Part shown: in pieces, positions 1 through 15,203 of the stretch | Layout: each line of letters begins with the position of its first letter | Position numbering within the stretch: position 1 is the first letter of the stretch | DNA from: Eledone cirrhosa | Lineage: Eukaryota | Direction: 5' to 3' | Length of the DNA stretch: 64,000 bases | Assembly: GCA_964016885.1 (NCBI GenBank) | Contig: OZ024742.1 | Coordinates: forward strand, 26,846,001-26,910,000 | Notes under the pieces: generated by a model | Database searches by the model: none | What the model was told of the DNA's origin: nothing | Seen by the model: only the letters and a program-made list of their open reading frames with translations | Position numbers and translations under genes: made by a program

Positions 1-209
1 ACAATCACCTACCTATTTATATATGTATATCTTTATGTGTGCGTGTGTGCGTGTGTGTGTGTGTGTGTATCGAGAGGAGGTGACCACAATTAAAAAGGTG
101 CTTAATACGCTAGTACAGTATAGGCATATTTATTTTATTATATGACTCCTACTGAACGAGAACTGTTTCATTCTTAAGAAATCCTCCAGATATCTCTTTC
201 CACTGTCCC

Positions 210-250
<41 letters not shown>

Positions 251-623
251 CAGATGGTAATATAAAAGAATTCCAATAAAGTTCTGCTCGCGCTGCTGTC
301 ACATACACACTCACACATAGGCGTAGGAATGGCGGTATCGTTGAAGAATCCGTTTTACAACCACATGGTTGTGGGCTCAATTCAGCTGCGGGTACATTTG
401 GCGGGTGTTTTCCATTAAAAGCTCAGTTTGATTAATGCTTCTGTGTGTTAGTGTGTGCGGGTATGTGTGTTTACGTTAGTACTTCTCGTAAAATAGCGGT
501 GTGACTTATAAGTATTGAAATACTAGGGTCCGTCTATTTCAAGGTTTTCTATCAGCAGGATAATGAATGACACAAGTAAAATGTCACACATACACACACA
601 TATATATCCTTCCATGCACACGC

Positions 624-690
<67 letters not shown>

Positions 691-951
691 TAAAGTTGGT
701 CCTTCATCAGTGATCTTCCAACCATCCTCGGTATTTCTTCGCTTTATCCATGCAGTATATATATATATATCAGGATGAAAACGATATTAAACTAGTTAGG
801 CCATTATTTAAAAAAATAATCGATACTCTTTGTAGAAAGAGTCGCGGCGCAACAGCTGAGCTCTTGCCATTTCACAGCTAGTTCCAGTCTGGAACTAGTT
901 GTTGAAACGGCAATAGCTCAGCCGTCAGGCCCCGACAGTTTTATATATGCA

Positions 952-1016
<65 letters not shown>

Positions 1017-1104
1017 GGAAAAATTTGAACAGGAACAAAACAGAGAGGCAGTACAACGAATGTTTATTAAGTTCACGCTCTGGAGAGTGGGTTGTTGGTG
1101 GGGA

Positions 1105-1137
1105 ACGACGTTTCGGGCATAAGCCCTTCCTCAGGTG
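1105..1137 (-). ncRNA. Minimal hammerhead of Penelope pLTR type
   Basis: Reverse complement is AC-CTGAGGA-AGGGC-TTAT-GCCC-GAAACGTC-GT, followed downstream by AATAAA, a T-rich tail and (TA)n. Stem I is only 2 bp. Confidence 0.65.
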
Positions 1138-1437
1138 AGAAGTGTGTGGGAACAGAGTTCAAAGGGTGTGTAGGGGAGTGGTGGAGAGACATATAGTGAA
1201 AGGAAACGGTGCAAATGAAAAAAATAAAAATAAAAATAATGCATGATCAAAATACAAGGAATGAAATAAATTTAAATATAAAAGCATGATCAAAATAAAC
1301 TGAAATTAAAAGGGGGGTAAAACAGGTGGTGGAAGGGTGTGGGGTGTGTAGGGGTGGTGGCGGGTGGAGTGGGGAGAGGGAGACGGGTGTCCGAGCGGGG
1401 AGGGCTGAAGGTGGTGTGTGTGTGTGTGTAGGTGTAC

Positions 1438-1470
<33 letters not shown>

Positions 1471-1539
1471 AAAGTAAGGGTTGGGGGAAGAACGGGGTTG
1501 CATGTTCAGGAAGAGGTGTGTGTGTGGGGGTTTTGTGGG

Positions 1540-1825
1540 TCGAGGATATGATACAGAACCGTGACCTTTGGCGCCACGCAGTAATACAGAAGACCCGACT
1601 CTCCACGGATACAAGCCGAAGCTGAAGCATATAGACAATATTCCCCCACCCCCTCCTACTGCAAAGTGGTCGTGGAGGTGCCACGCCAAAAAAAGCACCC
1701 AGTACTCACTGGGAAGGGCATCCAGCTGTAGAAATCAAAACCAGAATCAGTTCCCGTATGAGCAAGACAAATTCACCCGACCTGGCATTGCCCACAACAG
1801 GACAAACGGTGATGATGATGATGAT
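1540..1825 (+). mobile_element. RTE-type LINE/SINE 3' end with (GAT)n tail
   Basis: Reads EDMIQNRDLWRHAV (RTE terminal DR..WR motif), followed by a 3' UTR ending in GATGATGATGAT at about 1810-1825. Confidence 0.55.
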
Positions 1826-3014
1826 ACATATATAAATGTGTGTGTGTTCCTGTGTGTGTTTGTGTTTAACTACCTACGTGTGTGTATGCATACATTCATT
1901 TAAAAATACGTGTTATTAGATATTGACAGACAACAAACTTTAAGTGAACTTAGTAGGAAGGATTGATCATCTCTACACTGTTGACAGTGGTTTGTACGGC
2001 TTCGGTTGATCTGGCTCCTTATATTCAGGCTATACACGCTGTAGTTCATTGTTAACCCTAGGTCTTCAATGCAGGACCAGATATATAGACCTTGAGTGAC
2101 CCAAGGTAGTTTAAGTTTGGTGGGTCACTCATATAACAACGCAGACACACATACACACACACACACATATATACATCTATATATATATATATATATATAT
2201 ATAGATATATATATATAAGATAAACAGAAATAACAACGCAATCGGTATACTATATGGAAGTTATATATACATGTTCATTTACTTAAGTTTATTCATATAA
2301 ACTTAAATACATTAACAGAAAGGGAAGATAGCGAACGGAAAACAACTTTTTAAAAGGGAACCTTAAAAAATATTGTTTTTAAATAAAAATACAACTGAAG
2401 GACACAGAACTCCATCGGCACCGGTCGTTGGGGTGGCCTTTGGCAGTTAAAGCGATGAATATATGTATATATACACATAAGTAGGGAGAGAGAGAGAGAG
2501 AGAGAGAGAGGGGGACAGAGGGGGAGAGCGAGAGAGAAACAGACACCAGACAGAAATAAGGGCCCTGTTCGGAGAGTAGTGGGAGCTCTGTTTAATGAAT
2601 GGCTCTGAGCATTCGGTGGCCCCTGCCCCGATATATCAGCTCCTGCAGCTATGGTGTTGGTGTTTGCCGAATAAAGGCATATGATCTGTTATGATTATAA
2701 TCACTTCTCCATTCAATCTACTCTGTAGTATATTACGTAATGAGAACTTATTAAACCGGTAAGGTTGTATAGGAAGGCAACATGGTGGCTGTGTCTATAC
2801 TTTTAGTTTATAATTCCTTATTGTTTCTGATGTTGATAGTTATAGATGTCTGGTTTGAGGTTGATGTAGATGAGGCAGTATGGCCAACTGGTTAAAACGT
2901 TTACTTCGCAATCATTGGGTTAGAGTTTGATCCCAGTGAGATGTTGGGTTAGTGTCATTTACCACATCTCTGGGTCAGACCATGTTTTTTTGTGTAAAAT
3001 TTGATAGACGGAAT

Positions 3015-3284
3015 CAGCGCCGGATTTAACGGGGAGCAATTGCCCCGGGCCCGTGTAGTGAGGGGTCCCACCTGCGACGCCCTTAGCAATTTATTTATGC
3101 CCTCAGCCGGGCTTTTAATTTTGGGATGGTGACAATTTTCGAATTTAATACCTGTATGTATAACTATACAATTCCAATTAATTGCGACAAACTAACTTTG
3201 ATATGTAAAATTGGAGGGGTGGTGCTGTGTATTCTATTTTTTATTTTATTTTCCCGAGCCCCCCAATGTCCAAATTCAGCCCTG
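3015..3284. mobile_element. hAT-like MITE inserted into a SINE
   Basis: Termini CAGCGCCGGATTT / AAATTCAGCCCTG with an imperfect 8-bp TSD GACGGAAT (3007-3014) / GGCGGAAA (3285-3292). The SINE sequence resumes after it. Confidence 0.65.
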
Positions 3285-3364
3285 GGCGGAAACGAGAAAT
3301 CCGTCAAATAGACTGTAGCTGCACATTTAATTCAAAAGGCCATATCTCACTATTATAAGCAAAT

Positions 3365-3557
3365 GGGGGCCCATGTGCTGGCTGCCAGCGGTCCCAGCGG
3401 TCCCAGCGCACAGCATAGAAAAGGCGTTTCTCCGGACGATGATGATGGAAACGCGTTGGAAGAGCCATTCCAGCTCGTGAGGCCCACACCTGCGGGTAAC
3501 CAACTCCGTGCCGTAGGTGGTCCTAGAGCCAAGAACACCAAAAGTCTCCACCCCTAG
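3365..3557 (-). pseudogene. CRE-like (RLE) non-LTR 3' coding remnant
   Basis: ORF 3327-3551(-) reads ETFGVLG...EL...LFQRVSIIIVRRNAFSML, resembling the CRE-clade terminus ETFG..G...LFQRLS.AIQRGNA. Confidence 0.6.
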
Positions 3558-3842
3558 TTGTTGTTATTGTGGTAGTATTGCTAGTATAGTTGTTGTTGGT
3601 GGTGGTGAGGAGGTTTCGATAACATATTTTCGAACTTTCCAATAAAGTGTATTCATTATTCAGCGACTTTAACATGGCCAAACGTAGTTGTTTTGTTTAC
3701 GTTTATGTTAAGTATATACGAGTGTGCATGCATATATGTGGGTGTTTGTGTGTATATGTATATATATGTATATGGGTATATATAATTATTTCATCATCAT
3801 CGTCGTTTTTACATCCGCTTTCTATGCCTGCATTGGTTGGAC

Positions 3843-4696
<854 letters not shown>

Positions 4697-4698
<2 letters not shown>

Positions 4699-4884
4699 CA
4701 AAGGAAATGTGGTAAGGAACCAGATGGACCTTAACGCACCAGAGTACTCAATACTTAGGGTAGTAGAGTGGGAAATAGAAAAAAAAGTATGACCCGACGG
4801 CACAGCTCAAGCCGTTTCGACGGCTATTTCTAGTCCAGAAAATTTCAGTCCAGAAATAGCCGTCGGGGTCATACTTTTTCCTAT
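4697..4884 (-). mobile_element. Family A mini-element, second copy
   Basis: Same tail and the GCCGTTTCGACGGCTA...TAGCCGTCGGGGTC fold-back, flanked by (TA)n. Confidence 0.8.
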
Positions 4885-4891
4885 ATATACA

Positions 4892-4945
<54 letters not shown>

Positions 4946-5964
4946 GTGTATATGTATGTGAGTGGGTGTATCGCGGATGTGTTTTTCATTAGTATGCTTC
5001 AAAAAGCTAAAATAAGTTAATATACAAAGCCAGACATATATTTATATGTACGTATGTTTCAAATATTAATCTGTTACTTAAACACTACGAGGCACAGGTG
5101 GGCACCCAATAGATTTAAACCTCCCACATCTCAAACATATATAATAGATCGCATCCAAAGTATTGTCCCCGCGACTAATTCACATAAATTCACTCGCAGG
5201 CCAACTCTTGTTTATAAACATGCTATGTCCTTTTTGACTTTTCTATTGCTAAACTGTGTTCCTTGTAACCGAAAGGCTTTATTCCAACACCGCCTTGTCC
5301 CTTATTTCATCACCTATGTTATATTGTGACGAAAACACAAAGCTTCAATTAACCATTACAACCCGTTCTTCATACACATGGGCCATTGGATTTCTTTCTT
5401 TGCACACGTAGTTGCTACTCGAGTGAACATTTGGCAGTATGAGTAGACAAAAACCGCATCAAACCCCTCGGTGTCAGAAGGGATAAGAAAGCTATGGATG
5501 CCACCATTTCCTAAAGAGCTAGAAAAAAAAAGGCAGTATTTCGTTATCAATCATACGCCCTTTGTAGATGCAAGTACTCATCGACAACTTTATATTCACC
5601 CCGTCATTGTCCCAGCGAAAAATTCTAGAAGGCGAAGGCTGGAGATTGGTGGTCAGTTAATGTCACAACTTGTGTTTATCGAACAAGAAATGATGAAATG
5701 TAGATTTCATCATCCTTGGATTCGAAGGCTGGGCAGAGAGTGGGGCAGAACAAATATCGCAATGGGTTGTATCGGACGTTGCCAAATATTCACCTTATGT
5801 ATGTCTGCGAACATATATATGTGTACTTGTGTGTATTTCCACACAAACATATGAATATATGTGTAAATACATCTAGTCCTATGTATATATAGAGGGTGTC
5901 CTATGAAATGTATATATATATATTTATTAGAATGTTGATGAACAGTGTATACATTTTTGTGGAC

Positions 5965-6023
<59 letters not shown>

Positions 6024-6172
6024 GAGATAACAGATTATTGTTATAGGTAGTCCACTTAGGTGTAGTCCAGTTAGGGTACTCTTAGTAGTGGATGATGTCA
6101 ACGCTTGGTCAAGTTTGACTCAACAAAGCGTTTCCATAGTGATGCTGCGAGTACGCGGTGATTTCTATGTTG

Positions 6173-6214
<42 letters not shown>

Positions 6215-6496
6215 GTTTCTACTTTTGGCACAAGACCAGCAATTATCCCAGTGTATTATATATATATATATATATAATGTGAGTGTGTGCGCGGGGGTGG
6301 GGTGGGGTGTTCAATAGGATGTAACCACAGTATGTAAGGTACTCATAAGTACATAAATAGAGGGTAAGCAACATGTTTAATACCGAAATGGATTGTACAG
6401 GACAAGAACTGGTTTATTGAAAAGAAATCATCTTTTGAATGAAGCAGTTCTGTTCCTGTAGAAACCACTTCTATATTAAACATGATATATAATTAT

Positions 6497-6576
<80 letters not shown>

Positions 6577-6998
6577 TTAGGATCGGTGCTCTGAAATAGC
6601 GATACATGAATGTATGTATAGTATATTTGGCATGACTGTATGTATAGTATATTTGGCAATATACTGTATGTTTAATTAAAAATAGTTAGAAGACCATTCG
6701 CTATCAGTTTTAAAGTAGTGACCATGTCACTTACTTTTTATCGGCAAAAACAACAGAGAGCGGCCATCAGACAGTCTGTTTGTCGCTTGAGAGCGTTTAT
6801 CAAGACCACACACTCAGTTGCCTTTGCCGAGAATTATAGTGGATGGATTCTTATAGAATTCCAGTAATAATCAGGAGTGGATTATACAGAGGGATTGCCG
6901 GTCCAGCAAAAATTAGGTATTAGTATGGGTGCTCTAAAAGGTCTTCTAAATGTTTTCAATTGAACATACAATATATCGCCAAATATACTATACATACA

Positions 6999-7057
<59 letters not shown>

Positions 7058-7361
7058 CCGTGTGTGTCTGTGTGTGTGTTCAACACAAGGAAAACGGGCA
7101 TATAGCTTCCTAGGTACTCGCAAGTTTGTCATATGCCGGTTTGTCTGATGTTTTATATACACTAATATATTTATCTCTATGTAAATATATTGAAGGCCCT
7201 TTCTTAAATGATTAAAATCCCACCACCAGGCAACAACACTCACACGTGTATATAGTTCCTAATATCCATTGTTATCCGGTAAAAGGCTTATATGCCTTAT
7301 AATTAAAGTATATCTCTAGAGTAAAAAGAATTTGATAAACCAACTTTCCCATAATTTCACA

Positions 7362-7441
<80 letters not shown>

Positions 7442-7696
7442 TACATCTCTATGTACATGCATGTGCCTGTGTGTGTGTATATATATATATTTAGACTAGA
7501 ACTGTTTAACAATTCTAGTCCTGTAGAATCTCATCTATATTAAAACTTGTATACTCTGCTATGTATTGAGTACCTTACTTACTGTGGTTACCTCCGATTC
7601 AACCCGGAATAACGTACTATTTATATATATATATATATATGTATACCATATATATGTATGTATATGTATATTATATATAGATATATAATATACACA

Positions 7697-7901
7697 CGTG
7701 AGAAAAAGCCACAGACTCTCCATCTCAACTCTACTTTTGAAAAGCAGAAGAACTGCGAAACCGGTAATGGAACCAAATAAATATATATATTTTTTTTTAA
7801 AATAAGACTCCAGTTGCATTTTCGATTTCATCTTTTTTTCTTTATACTTTCACTCGTGTAGGACACCTCGGTTATTTTTCATGTTGTAAAAAAACCCTCA
7901 C

Positions 7902-7910
<9 letters not shown>
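7697..7910 (+). mobile_element. (TA)n-embedded mini-element, family H
   Basis: Shares sequence with 51856-52070, where the 5' part is inverted relative to the 3' part TTTCACTCGTGTAGGACACCTCGG. Confidence 0.75.
7731..7772 (+). ncRNA. Hammerhead-like motif with U3-A8 core variant (family H)
   Basis: TTGAAAA (7737-7743)-GCAG-AAGAA-CTGC-GAA-ACCGGT-A. A second copy at about 51921-51962(-) keeps TTGAAAA and GAAACCGGTA. Confidence 0.5.
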
Positions 7911-7951
<41 letters not shown>

Positions 7952-8452
7952 TATATATATATGTGAGTTTGTGTGTGTCTGTGTCTGTTTGTGTGAATAT
8001 GTGTGTGTATAAATATATATATGCATACATAATTATATATACGTGTATAGATATGAGTATGTATCTCTGAAAGAATATATCTAGAATTCTGTAGGATATG
8101 ATAAACTGTTACCGGTATTGCCCCAGCGTGGTCATAGTTAACGTATTGAAGCCTGTAATATCATAATTATCGAAAATATTAAATATGCAATTTAGCCACA
8201 TCTGATGTATTTTACTACCATGTCCATACTTGAAACCTGTAGGCACATGATTTTCTTCTCTCAACATTTCTGCATACACACATACCCATAAACATAGATA
8301 GATAGGTATACGTGTATATACACACGCACACAGTCAGCGTTTTATACACACATGCATATGCATGCATTTATGTATTTTTGAATAAGTGGGTGTGTGTATA
8401 TATATACATACATATATACATGTTTTTTTATGTGTGTGTATATGTGAGTGTT

Positions 8453-8489
<37 letters not shown>

Positions 8490-9017
8490 ATTCAAATATA
8501 TGAATGGACATGTGAGTGTGTATATATTTTTATATACATTCATACACATATATGCATATGTATATAGTAGATAGCCATACGTATATACTGTTATATATGT
8601 GTATGCAACAAACAATAATAACCAATACAAAGTACTGGAATATGTTCTCCTACATAGATCTATCTGATTCAATTATATAAATCTCTGCCTGGCAGTTTAG
8701 ATAAATTATAATGGGGTCAGATATAGTACCCTATATTATAGACTACGTCCTATATAACACATAGTGTGCTAATATATTACCACTCTAGCACAGAATACTT
8801 TCATAGTACTGATAGTACCAATCGGCTCTATGCACGATGAGGCCTCAGGCATCACTGGCTTAGGATGAACCAGGCCTCGTCCAGCAAGAGCAATAATTAG
8901 AAGACCAATGAAATAGTACAGTTCAAGCATTAAATATCTTCATAGTACAGATCGGTTAGTATTGTTGTAGCATAACATATCATAGTACTGATGAAATAGT
9001 ACTGTTCTAACATAATG

Positions 9018-9590
9018 ATAATTGTTTCTACTTTTGGCACAAGGCCAGCAATTATCTCAGTGCATTACTGGTACGTTTTTTTTTTCGAAGGATGAAAGGC
9101 AAAATTTATCTCGGCGGAATTTGAACTCAGAACGTAAAGAGTCATCACTCTATGCTGCAAAATATGGCGTCCAAATCTCTACCGATATTGCCAATCCCCC
9201 GTTCTAACATAATGATAATAATTGTTTCTACTTTAGGCACAAGGCCAGCAATTACCCAGTGCATTACTGGTACTTTATTTTATCGCCCCCGTAAGGATGA
9301 AAGGCAAAGTCAACCTCGGCGGGATTTGAACTCAGGCGTAAAGGGACGTAACTATGCTGGAAAGCATGGCGTCCGACCCTCTACCGATACTGCCAATCCA
9401 CCGCCTAACATAATGATAATAATGATAATTGTTTTTGCTTTTGGCGCATTACTGGTACTTTATTTCATCAACCTCGTAAGAATGAAAGGCAAAGTTAACA
9501 TCGGTGGGATTTGAACTCAGAGCGTAAAGGGTCATAACTCTATGCTGCAAAGCTTGATGTCTAACTCTCTACCGATACTGCCAATCCATA
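9018..9590 (-). mobile_element. Three tandem copies of a tRNA-derived SINE (about 190 bp)
   Basis: Reverse complement has a GGCGG..GATTGGCAGTATCGGTAGAG A-box-like head, GAGTTCAAATCC B-box, core CTTTGCCTTTCATCCTTACGGGGTCGATAAAATAAAGTACCAG (resembles the MetaSINE core) and tail GTAGAAACAATTAT. Confidence 0.85.
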
Positions 9591-9912
9591 TCAGATAGTA
9601 CTGTCCTAACGTATAACACATAGGGAGAACCAATTACATATTATTACTCTATCAAAGAGTACTGTGTTATCACTATCATAATACATATCAGATAATACTG
9701 CCATATCATATAAACCCATCATAGTACCAATCAAATACTACTGCTTTACTATATAATACTACCACAGTAACGATCAAATACCACGTGCTCCTCAAATAAG
9801 GTACTACTACTACTACTGCTACTACTACTACTACTACTAATAATAATAATAATAATACTATTACTACTACTACCACTATTACTACTACTACTGCTGCTGC
9901 TGCTACTACTAT

Positions 9913-9960
<48 letters not shown>

Positions 9961-12821
9961 ATGTTTCTATAATAATACATATCTCCCTCAATGTACTCAC
10001 GAAGTACTGTATTACTTAATATATGTGATGTGGGTTGGATCTCCGTCGATCGGGACGATGACAGTGATTCAAACAACGGAACAGACTGCTCGTAAGATTA
10101 ATTTGTAGATGTTTGAGTATTGCACTGTCCCTTTTACCCTTAACTTAGTTTGTAGTGAAATTCAGTATATAACAAATTCTGACCAGGTCGGCCCTTTGAA
10201 TTAGAGATGCAACTCTTTGTTGGAAACTGAGTGGACTGGAGCAAAGTGAAATTAAGTGTCTTGATCAAGGAAACAACGCGTTGCCGTCAATCGAAACTAC
10301 TATATATTAGAATATTTTCTATGTGCTACTTAAAAAGTACAGTACTGCTGTGCTGATAGTATACTACTTTTTTAGTCCAGATCGATATACACCTTCCCTT
10401 CCAAAGGTATTTAGTCTCGACCAGCTGATTTTATTAAATAGCAATACATTTGGTTTCAGAGTTTCGTATCCCAATTGTAACATATAGATAAGTGACTGCA
10501 TGCTCGGGCCCTGAAATGCTAATGGAGTCGTCGGGTTTGCATAGATATATATATACAACGTGTCCTAGGCTATCGAAACCTGGTGGAGCCCATCATTCTA
10601 AAGTAGATAACTGAACATGCAATTTTAAAAAGTCACAGTATTAGAAAACATCTGTTTACTAATTGTTTCTACTTTTGGCACAAGGCCAGCAATTATCACA
10701 GTGTATTACTGGTACTTTATGTTATCGACCCCGTAAGGATGAAAGGCAAAGTTAATCTCGGCGGGATTTGAGGTTAACTTTGCCTTTCACCCTTATCGGG
10801 TCGATAAAATAAAGTACCAGTAATACACTGGGTATTTAAATATCTGTTTAATAATGGCTTTAAAATTCTGAAGGTTTCTATTGATTATATTTATAGTCGA
10901 GGAGCCTTTTAATATTTGAACTCAGCCCTCAAACCATTGTTAGGACATATAGGGACCCCTCCAGGTCTGCCGGTGGTATCGATCAACTGTACTGTGCTCA
11001 CATAACACGTCCTCGTCATCATTGTCTTCTATTTCGTCTTCTTTTTCTATTTCTTCTTCTACTTTTTCTTCTTCGTTTTATTCTACTCTTTCTTCTTTTT
11101 CTTCTTCTCCTTCGACTCTTCCTCTTCTTCCTCCTCATCCTCCCCCTCCCCCTCCCCGTCTTCCTCCTTATTTTTCTTCTTCTTCTTCTTCTTCTTCTTC
11201 TTCTTTTTTTTTTTTTCGTTTACTTCTTTTTCTTCTCTTTCTTCTTCGTTTTCTCATTCTTTTTTCTTTTTTCCTTCTTTTTTATCTTTTTTTATTTTTT
11301 ATTTTTCTTCTTTTCTTCTTTTTCTTCTATCTTCTTCTTCTCATCTTACTTCCACATCCTCTACCTCTTTTTTTTCCTTTTATTCCCTAAGAAGCATTGT
11401 GTGATGAAAGATCAGTTTCCTACTATAGAAAACCCATTCACAGCCCTCAACACTACCCTACTATAACATATTTCTATAGTATCAGCCAACTACACTATGC
11501 TTCAGATTGTACTTTATTATAGCTGTGTAGCAATTCTATACCGCACAACTACTATGCTCTCATATAGTACTAGCCTTCTATATATTATAATAATAATAGT
11601 ATACCACTATTGGTATGGATCCGTAACCCCTGATGCAGTCAAGGGGGCACCGTATTGACATACGGTATTTCTTAAGGGTCTTTTAAACCTGGTGGAGCCA
11701 CCCACCCTCCAGGCCTGACTGTAGCAGATTTCTTCAAGAGGAGGATAGAGAGTGAGAAAGAGATATAGAGGGAGAATCGACTCCATTATTAGAGAGGTAC
11801 AACGATTACCATCAATTAATATGATATAGTAGACTAGTGGGGCATAGTAAGTTAGGGAAATGGATTAACAATCGTGAGGTTTCGAGTTCGAATCCCGGAC
11901 CGGCAGATGCGTTATGTCCTAGAGTAAACACTTTATTTCACGTTGCTTCGTCTGCCAGGAGTTGCGACAGTTAGATAATATCAGAAATGGAAAGACAAAT
12001 GGAAACATTGTTTCCTTGGTCCGATTTAACACACACATATATATATGTGTGTGTGTGTGTGTGTATGTGTGTGTATGTGTGTGTATGTGTGTGTGTGTGG
12101 GTGTGTGCGTGCTAGCACATGACTGGCAGTCGGTTAGACAGACAGCTACATACTATCATGTATGTATTGAATAATTAAAAGAGAAAGTAGAATATATTGA
12201 ACTTTACATAATTCTTGAAGGATTTCTAACAAAGTACGATCCAGAAATGAAAAGACAACAACATCCTCGACTCAATCACTTCCTTATTACAGTTTACTTA
12301 GTTCGATGATATATTATATATTTCTAATCAATCGTGTATCGATTACGTTTGGTATTGCAAACTTTTTACGTAATCCCTGTTTATAAAATCTGTGTATAAT
12401 CTTAGCTTGGTTTTAAGTTATTATAATTTGATATGAATTAACTAAATTAATCTGGGCATGTACCATTGCTATGTCTTCTGTACATATATAAAACAAAGAA
12501 AAAACTACAATTGAACGGACACATGCAAATACATACACACAAGTATATAGAAGCAGGTAGTCACGTCAACACAATTCTAGTCATGTAGAAGTAATTTCTG
12601 TATATAATAAAGATTGTCTATCTCTACTAATGTAATGAATGGATTTTAACTTTGTTTACCCCTGTGTTTACCCCTATGTTTACATATTGTATGTGTATGT
12701 ATATATGTATTTATACTTATATATACAAGTTGACCCAAACATGTATACACATTTGATTCTCTGTACAGGCAACATTTATTAGAATGCTGTATATATTTTT
12801 GGGGGACACCCTGTAAATGCA

Positions 12822-12864
<43 letters not shown>

Positions 12865-13926
12865 CAAAGTGAGATTTTCTTATAATTATTGGGTTGACTG
12901 GGATTTTAAATTCGCCTTCACCGGTTTATTCAAACGACTGTTTGAAAGAAGGCTCTTGCTGAAATTGGTGTCTCTGTCAAGGTGTAATACATTTGAGAAA
13001 TATCCAGTTATTTCATGAAATGTATGGTGTTACCTAAACTAAATTAAAATTAATGAAAATATATGCACAAAAAGTGCCTCGTCGTATTCGAAACAAGAAA
13101 CACAAGTCTTACGCATTTCGTCTGTTGGGGCCTATCTATCTAACTATATGGCTGTCAATTTGACTATCTATTTATGAAGACGGGAACACCTACAGAACGT
13201 GTTCTTGGTGTTGAGGGTTGTTCTATCCACGGGGTGTAAAACAACCGTGCAGTAACGTTCCGCTCTATTGGGGATTTCAATTGTTATTTTATTATATATA
13301 GTTTATTGTTATTTATTAATGTTAAAGTTATATGATTTTTATGTAAAACTCCCGCCGTCACGTCTTGTAATGTACCATTTTTGTACGCCCCTGTGGCAAA
13401 TAAAGAAATATATATATATATATATCTATCCATCTATCTGTCTAACTATCTTAAGTCCGTCTCACTTCCTCTTTCTCTCTCTATATATAGGAGTATATTT
13501 CTGTATGTGGGGGTGTGTATAGAGAGATTGCACCTGTTGATTCTGACGAGAGAATTTGGCGTGTGAGAACCCTTTTTGCACGAACCCGTCAAATATATGT
13601 GAGCGGGAGAATATATATATATATAAACTGTTCTTATCATATATATATATTTATATGTATATATATATAATATGTAGGTTCCCCAGTAAGAGTATTACCT
13701 ATACAATTGACTACCAGAGACCTGGAATGTATGTACTATATATGAAGGTCCCAATATATGTATCTCTATTTACCGATATGTAATGTAGAAGGTCCAGTAT
13801 TTTCAAAGCATATGATCATTATTTTAATAAGCCGATTCTTTCAAGATTCCTTCCACACACAATAATATAGGCAAAAACAAGCTGGGTCTGTGTGTGAATG
13901 TGTTTAACCTTGGTCAGATCGAGAGG

Positions 13927-13975
<49 letters not shown>

Positions 13976-14057
13976 ATATATATATATAAAGAATTTCCGT
14001 AGTAAAAGTAAAGGAATACATATACATATATTTTTATGTATGCATATATATATATGG

Positions 14058-14149
<92 letters not shown>

Positions 14150-14301
14150 GTGTGTGTGTGTGTGTTTATGTATGTATATATATGTATTTTGTATGTATAT
14201 ATATGTATTTTGTATGTATGAATGAAGTTTTATATATATGTATGTATTTTTTTATATATATATACATACACATACATGAATATATATATATAAATGTATA
14301 T

Positions 14302-14476
14302 CGAAAGAAGTGTGGTAAGGAACCAGGTGGACCAAAACACACCAGAGTACTCGATACTTAGGGTAGTAGAGTGAGTAATAGGAAAAGAGTCAAGGCTCCG
14401 ACGGCTGAGCTAGATCTGAACTCAGCTGTCGAAACGGCACGAGCTCAGCCGTCGGGGTCCTGACTCTTTTCCTGTA
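14302..14476 (-). mobile_element. Family A mini-element
   Basis: GTGTGGTAAGGAACCAGGTGGACC tail and GAAACGGCACGAGCTCAGCCGTCGGGGTC fold-back. Confidence 0.8.
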
Positions 14477-14622
14477 TAAATGTATATATATATATATATC
14501 TACAGGCATGTATGTTTATTGATATGTGTTTATTTATATACTTACATACGTTTATTTATATGTATTTTTATGTGTAATTATTTGTTTGTATTTATATATA
14601 TAAATATATGTATATGTTTATC

Positions 14623-14663
<41 letters not shown>

Positions 14664-14665
<2 letters not shown>

Positions 14666-14882
14666 ATGAAATGACAGGAGGCTGGATTTGTGTAAATCCT
14701 TGAATTTACACAAATCCAGCCTCCTGTCATTTCATTATAATATTTAACTCCGTAATAGCACCACCAACTACAAAAAAAAAAGACGGTTGAACTGCCTTAC
14801 GTTGAGTACTCTATATATTATTGCATTACGATTGACCATACGGAATAGACCAGCTCTATACAGTGGTGAACCTCAAACCTGA
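14664..14882 (+). mobile_element. Fold-back island in (TA)n
   Basis: ATAATGAAATGACAGGAGGCTGGATTTGTGTAAAT / ATTTACACAAATCCAGCCTCCTGTCATTTCATTAT perfect hairpin plus a unique tail. Confidence 0.65.
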
Positions 14883-14916
<34 letters not shown>

Positions 14917-15103
14917 TTGTAAATATTATATGTATACATATATAGGTGTATATATCTATATGTACAAATATAATTATATATATATATATATATATGTGTG
15001 CGTGTGTGTATTTATACTTATACATATTTATGTATGTATATATATAATTATATCTATAATTATATGTGTATGTATAAATGTAACTATATGTATACACACA
15101 CAG

Positions 15104-15152
<49 letters not shown>

Positions 15153-15172
15153 TATATATATACATATGTATG

Positions 15173-15203
<31 letters not shown>

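Noticed and set aside
6040-6080. GACTACACCTAAGT (minus strand) as the source of the 16-bp minisatellite
   Set aside because: The match is only about 12-14 bp and could be chance.
13540-13605. CTGACGA with a downstream stem as a hammerhead
   Set aside because: No intact GAAA/NUH or stem I; too degenerate. The same applies to about 12940-12970 and 698-712.
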